From the NCBI RefSeq assembly GCF_009914755.1, contig NC_060935.1: 64,000 nucleotides of DNA. One strand, given 5' to 3'. Below the pieces are notes generated by a model. That model was not told where the DNA came from. It made no database searches and saw only the letters and a list, made by a program, of their open reading frames with translations. Positions 1-64,000 of the stretch are shown in pieces; position 1 is the first letter of the stretch; each line of letters starts with the position of its first letter. Source of the DNA: the human T2T-CHM13v2.0 reference genome, Homo sapiens. The position numbers and the translations under genes are program-made.

Positions 1-1
1 T

Positions 2-292
<291 letters not shown>

Positions 293-398
293 TCAAGACA
301 GATCCCGGCCTGGGACGCTGCGGGTGGACAGAGGGCAGGGGCTTGCACCGCACGTTCCCAGCCTTGCACCCACTCCCGGTCCTTGGTGACGCAGCTTA

Positions 399-716
<318 letters not shown>

Positions 717-1079
717 TCAGAAAAAAAAAAAAAAACTCACAAATACAATGAAAGTCTCAAATTTTGGGTGGGGAATGAGCTATTTCATCTTTAAGGAGTC
801 AATAGATATCACTGTTTAATCAAGAGGAGGTGAAAGTTTAATTCAAGTGATGGCGAAAACTGCAAAGGGTGTAGAGGGACTGGTGGGAGTGGGTGCTGGG
901 GAGACAGCCTCAGGTACTGTCTACTCAGGTACTGTTTTGGTAAAAATAAAGAATGTAAAACATCAGCTTTCTAATCTCACTTTTAAAAATTAAATACTTT
1001 TCTAAATTTTTAAAGGGTAGTACCCAAGGCACAGCAACACCGTGTACTATTTAGTTGTACATTTAACATTCAAAAATCA

Positions 1080-1382
<303 letters not shown>

Positions 1383-1824
1383 TCAAACAAACAAAAACAA
1401 CAACAACAAAAAACACTCACAGAAGCAGAAAAAATAATAAAAATAATAAATCGAAGAGCCCAAGAATTATGCATAGCTTGAGTGGCCCAAGCGAGAGAGT
1501 AACCCACAAGGTTGCACCGTTCATTCGTTTACTAATCAGAATCAGACGTCTACTGAGTAGCATCATGCCAGGCATACACAGCCACCTGTGGGGGTCACCC
1601 ACGGGTTGCAATCAAGCCTGGAGGCTCTGCACCTGCTGCTCCTAGATGCTTGCTGCCCTGCTGCACTGGCCGGGCTGGCTCCGTCGAGTCTCTCAGGTCT
1701 CAGCTCAACCCACTCTAAGTGGGTCAACCTCCCTGCCAGCTACCACCCCCTCCCAATGATCCTCTTAGTTGCCTCAGAACACTTAAAATCCTTCAACTGG
1801 TTGGCTTGTTCTCTTTTTCCTCTG

Positions 1825-2187
1825 TGATATGGTTTGGCTCTGTGTCCCCACCCAAATCTCATCTTGAATTGTAATCCCTCTGTGTCAAGGGAGGGGCCTG
1901 GTGGGAGGTGATTGGATCAAGGAGGCGGTTCCCCTACGCTGTTCTTGCAATAAGAAGTGAGTTCTCACAAGATCTGATGGCTTAAAAGTGTTCGGCAATT
2001 CCCCCTCACTCTCTCTCCTCTGCTGCCATGTAACAGGTTTCTTGCTTCCCCTTCACCTTCTGCCATGATTATAAGTTTCCTGAGGCCTCCCCAGCCATGC
2101 TGAACTGTGAGTCAATTGACTGTCTTTCCTTTATACTTACCCAGTCTCAAGAAGTTCTTTACAGCAATGTAAAAATGGACTAATGAG
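1825..2187 (+). mobile_element. MaLR solo LTR, MSTA-like
   Basis: Begins tgatatggtttggctctgtgtccccacccaaatctcatcttgaattgtaatcc and ends ...cagcaatgtaaaaatggactaat. Confidence 0.85.
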
Positions 2188-2241
2188 ACAGCCAGAACCT
2201 GGTGGGGTCACTGCTGTCTCCCCAGTGCCTAGAACAGGCGC

Positions 2242-2706
2242 TGATATGGTTTGGATGTGTGTCCCCACCCAAATCTCAGGTTCAGTGGTAATCCCTAATG
2301 TTGGAGGTGGGGCCTGATGGGAAGTGACTGGATCATGGGCGTGCATTTCTCATGAACAGCACCATCCCTCTTGCTACTGTCCTCACCATAGAGTGCGTGA
2401 GTTCCTGTGAGATCTGGTTGTTCGCAAGTGTGTAAGAGAGCACCTCCTCTCTCTCTCTCAGATCTGGTTGTTTGCAAATGTGTAAGAGAGCACCTCCTCT
2501 CTTTCTCTCTCTGTCTCCTTTCACCATGTAGAATGCCTGCTCCCCCTTTGCCTTCCACCATGAGTAAAAAGCTGTTTGAGGCCTCCCCAGAAGCAGATGC
2601 CTCCATGCTTCCTGTATAGCCTGCAGAACTGAGAGCCAATTAAACCTCTTATAAATTACCCAGTCTCAGCTATTTCTTTACAGCAATGTGAGAATGGCCT
2701 AATACA
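2242..2706 (+). mobile_element. MaLR solo LTR, MSTB-like, with an internal ~50-bp tandem duplication (2410-2510)
   Basis: tgatatggtttggatgtgtgtcccc...gagaatggcctaataca. It is inserted into a plus-strand L2 end (cactgctgtctccccagtgcctagaacag | gatgctcaa). Confidence 0.85.
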
Positions 2707-2739
2707 GATGCTCAAGAAAAACAGAAAAATGGAATTCAT

Positions 2740-2810
2740 GCATTACTTTTAACATATTTATTGAGCATCTTTTATGTGTCAGGCACTGTTCTCAGCATTG
2801 AGGCAATGGA
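2740..2810 (-). mobile_element. L2 LINE 3' terminal fragment
   Basis: aacatatttattgagcatcttttatgtgtcaggcactgttctcagc resembles the reverse complement of the L2 3' end consensus. Confidence 0.75.
2757..2762 (-). terminator. Poly(A) signal AATAAA for the alternative terminal exon, inside an L2 3' end
   Basis: First AATAAA downstream of the alternative stop codon; context ctcAATAAAtatgtt. Confidence 0.7.
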
Positions 2811-2938
2811 ATGGATGAATAAATGCACAGCAAGTGAAAATCAACAGGCTTTTCTTTCCAGCCCAGCACATGAACTTGGTGATGTCCATGGTCTCCTCCA
2901 AGGCCTTGTTTCCATATGCTGAGACTTTCCACTTTGTC

Positions 2939-2974
2939 TCAAGTATCTGAACTTGGTCCTTGACTTATAATCCC
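2939..2974 (-). CDS. CPT1A: CPT1A alternative terminal exon, coding part (756-aa isoform ending GIISQGPSSDT*)
   Basis: tttgtttctgtctcttttgttatattaag|GGG ATT ATA AGT CAA GGA CCA AGT TCA GAT ACT TGA. It is in phase with the exon 18 donor (745+11 = 756 aa) and matches the C-terminus I recall for CPT1A isoform 2. Confidence 0.9.
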   Translation of the reverse strand, partial: GIISQGPSSDT

Positions 2975-3028
2975 CTTAATATAACAAAAGAGACAGAAAC
3001 AAATCTTGTAGTAGACTGGGGTTAATGT

Positions 3029-3034
3029 TTTATT
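3029..3034 (-). terminator. Poly(A) signal AATAAA of the canonical transcript
   Basis: Plus strand reads tttatt; on the minus strand it is followed about 25-55 nt later by atttgtttctgtctcttttgtt (CstF-type downstream element). Confidence 0.85.
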
Positions 3035-3503
3035 AATGATAACCTACATTCACACTGCATTTCTAAGATTTACATCCAAAGAGCATACTGTATTTACATG
3101 CACCGGTCAGCCCAAGATAACAAATTCAAACCATGGCTGCGTTAAGACAATGGTTTGTTCCAATTAAATTAAACAGATAATACTCTTATCACCCCCCTTG
3201 GACATGTACAATAAGACCCCTCTTTCTCCCCTCAAGGAATATAAAATTGCATTGATAACTGCACTGATGAGCAACAATTACATTTGAAACATTTAAAACC
3301 TGAGAGAGAAACCCAAATATGTTTAAGCACTCACGTCTACACTCAAAATGCCCTGTGAACTCTAGTGTAACACAGATTGCTCAGTGGTCAACAGTGCATG
3401 ATCTAGCTGGCTCTGATAGGGACTGACGCCGGCTGCTGGCTTTTAACGGGAAGTGCTATTCTTGCCCAGGGCAGAGAGAGCTACATCCCCGCTGCCTGCT
3501 TGA

Positions 3504-3830
<327 letters not shown>

Positions 3831-3863
3831 CGCTTTTTTTTTTTTTTTTGTCTTTTGTTTTCA

Positions 3864-4257
<394 letters not shown>

Positions 4258-5767
4258 GGCACGTGTTCTCCGGCAAGCACCTTCCATCGACTCCAACAGT
4301 TCAGCCATCGCTGTTGTACTATCGGGGTGCAGCACTCTGAAGGAGTCAGGCCCAACTAGAACCAAGTGGTCAAAAAAATAAATACACAATTTAAAACAAT
4401 GGACAGCTAAGCTTGTCATGACAGACAGTGGGAATTTCATTCCATGATGCTTCATTTTTGCATTAAATACTGAAGATGACTCAGTGCATAATTGCTTTGT
4501 GGTCCATGAGACGCTTTCGTGAAGGCACTCCTATCTGAAGGACAGGCTGGGTGAACACCTAGCACTGTCACTTGAGACATCTTGGCTGGTCACCAAGGTG
4601 AGCCGGCATACTGTCTCCATCACCCTCTGGTGAGTCTTTCCCCTCACCGGGTGGGAGGAGAAGGCCATCCCTTGGGGTCGTGGAGCCACTCTCTCCTCAC
4701 CACGGTGGGCTGCCCTCCCCTTCCTCACTTGCTAGTCCCCGCTTGGTGGCCGATGCCCTGCCCTCCTTGCTGTCACTTTGGGAAAGAGATCCTCCTGAGG
4801 CACGTGTCATGTTTTATTCTTGAGTGAATTATCTGACCATCACGGCCCTTGCTCCCCTTTTATGACATGTGCCTGTTATTTCTTTTGTTGCTTATGATGA
4901 CAAGAAGGCAGTCCCGGGAGGGGAGTCTGGCACAGCTGCCCTTGGGAAGGAACTGGTGTTTCTGAGGGGGAGGGGGCTGGTGGGGTGTAGCAAATGCTTA
5001 TGTACGGTTATCCATACTCAGTCAATTGTGAAGGGAACAGTATACCCACAATTCCACCCAAAGACTCTACAAAATAAATCTTTCTCTCCATCTCCCTTAC
5101 ATTTAGGGCCTTTCATTTTTAAGGCACTGGGTTGTGAAGACTTGAAGACATACAAGGTCAGTAAAACTGAAGACCTTGCATCCTGCTTGCTTCAAATGTG
5201 GAGAGGCAAACACAGGCTACTGGACCAGACGGGAACGGTTACCCACGGTGACAAAAGCAGGTCTCCAAAGCACAGCATTTTGGTTAGTGCATTCCAGATG
5301 TGTTAGCTACAACTGGGGACACCAACTTGAATAACACATTTTTCTTTTAACAAAACAAAAGTTTACCCTGCTTGGATGATGCTAAATGCCCTTAAGCACT
5401 AGGCCTTCGGTTGCCACTGAGAAAGCACACCATTTCCATTCCACTGTGTGTGAAGCCACAACCCTACTAATTCCTTCATTAACTCAACAAGATTTGCATC
5501 CCTTAATAAATCCAAGCCGATGCGGAGACATCAGGGGAGACTTTATCAGATGTCCCCCAAGGGAGGGCAAGTCTGGAAGTAGTGGGGTTATGCTTCACAG
5601 GGGAGAGATACTGTTCTAGGAAAAAAAAACACCCACATTTTCTGGAAGGAAAACTGAGTTTTTTTAAGAGCAGTGTTTCATCCCGAGCTAAGGTCAGGAT
5701 TAATGCCTATTTTTCATTTGGTTTGCATCAGAAGAGCTCGTTTTCCTTCCCAGCAGCTCCAGTGGAA

Positions 5768-63717
<57,950 letters not shown>

Positions 63718-63843
63718 TTAACAGATTTAATACTTTTCATCAACAGACCAATTCCATCACCACAGCTGGCACCCCCTTGCCTGTCCACCGCTACAAAGAC
63801 AGTCGCCACCTCTGCTTAGAGCCCCAAGATGATCATCAGGAGT

Positions 63844-64000
63844 CAGGCCCGTGGTACCCCAACCCTGGCCCTGGACATTCCCTGGAACCACGCCTCCAAG
63901 CCAGCATCCAGGCCCGTGGTACCTCAACTCTGGCCCTGGACGTCCCCCAGAACCACGCCTCCAAGCCAGCATCCAGGCCCGTGGTACCCCAACCCTGGCC
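63844..64000. repeat. 65-bp VNTR in intron 1, truncated by the window edge (at least 2.4 copies)
   Basis: caggcccgtggtacc(c/t)caac(c/t)ctggccctggac...aaccacgcctccaagccagcatc units start at 63844, 63909 and 63974. Confidence 0.92.

Overview
Human genomic DNA, very Alu-rich, containing the whole coding region of CPT1A (liver-type carnitine palmitoyltransferase 1A; chr11q13 from recall) on the minus strand. I traced 18 coding exons (exons 2-19; non-coding exon 1 and the promoter lie beyond the right edge). All have GT-AG boundaries and their lengths sum to 2322 nt, i.e. 773 aa plus stop. An alternative terminal exon at 2974-2939 (GIISQGPSSDT*) gives a 756-aa isoform. The rest is intron filled with Alus, MaLR/ERV1 LTRs, DNA-transposon, L1, L2 and MIR relics, a 5S rRNA retropseudogene and small tandem repeats. 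Almost all ORFs in the supplied track are Alu-derived or chance GC-rich ORFs. I cannot claim a new gene or a proven new system. The best leads are regulatory: (1) a 3'-end switch in which the U/GU-rich downstream element of the main poly(A) site is the same ~28 nt as the polypyrimidine tract of the alternative last exon, whose poly(A) signal comes from one of two tail-to-tail L2 ends; (2) a perfect non-Alu DR4 (AGGTCA-ctga-AGGTCA) in intron 5; (3) an intron-13 module made of a MER50 LTR with NRF1/YY1/TATA motifs, a 14-bp palindromic CRE and a fused inverted-Alu hairpin; (4) exon 7 regenerating a strong 5' splice site after splicing; (5) a 5S pseudogene with a near-intact internal promoter abutting the exon 5 branch region. 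Repeat subfamily names are from memory of consensus sequences and repeat boundaries are approximate.
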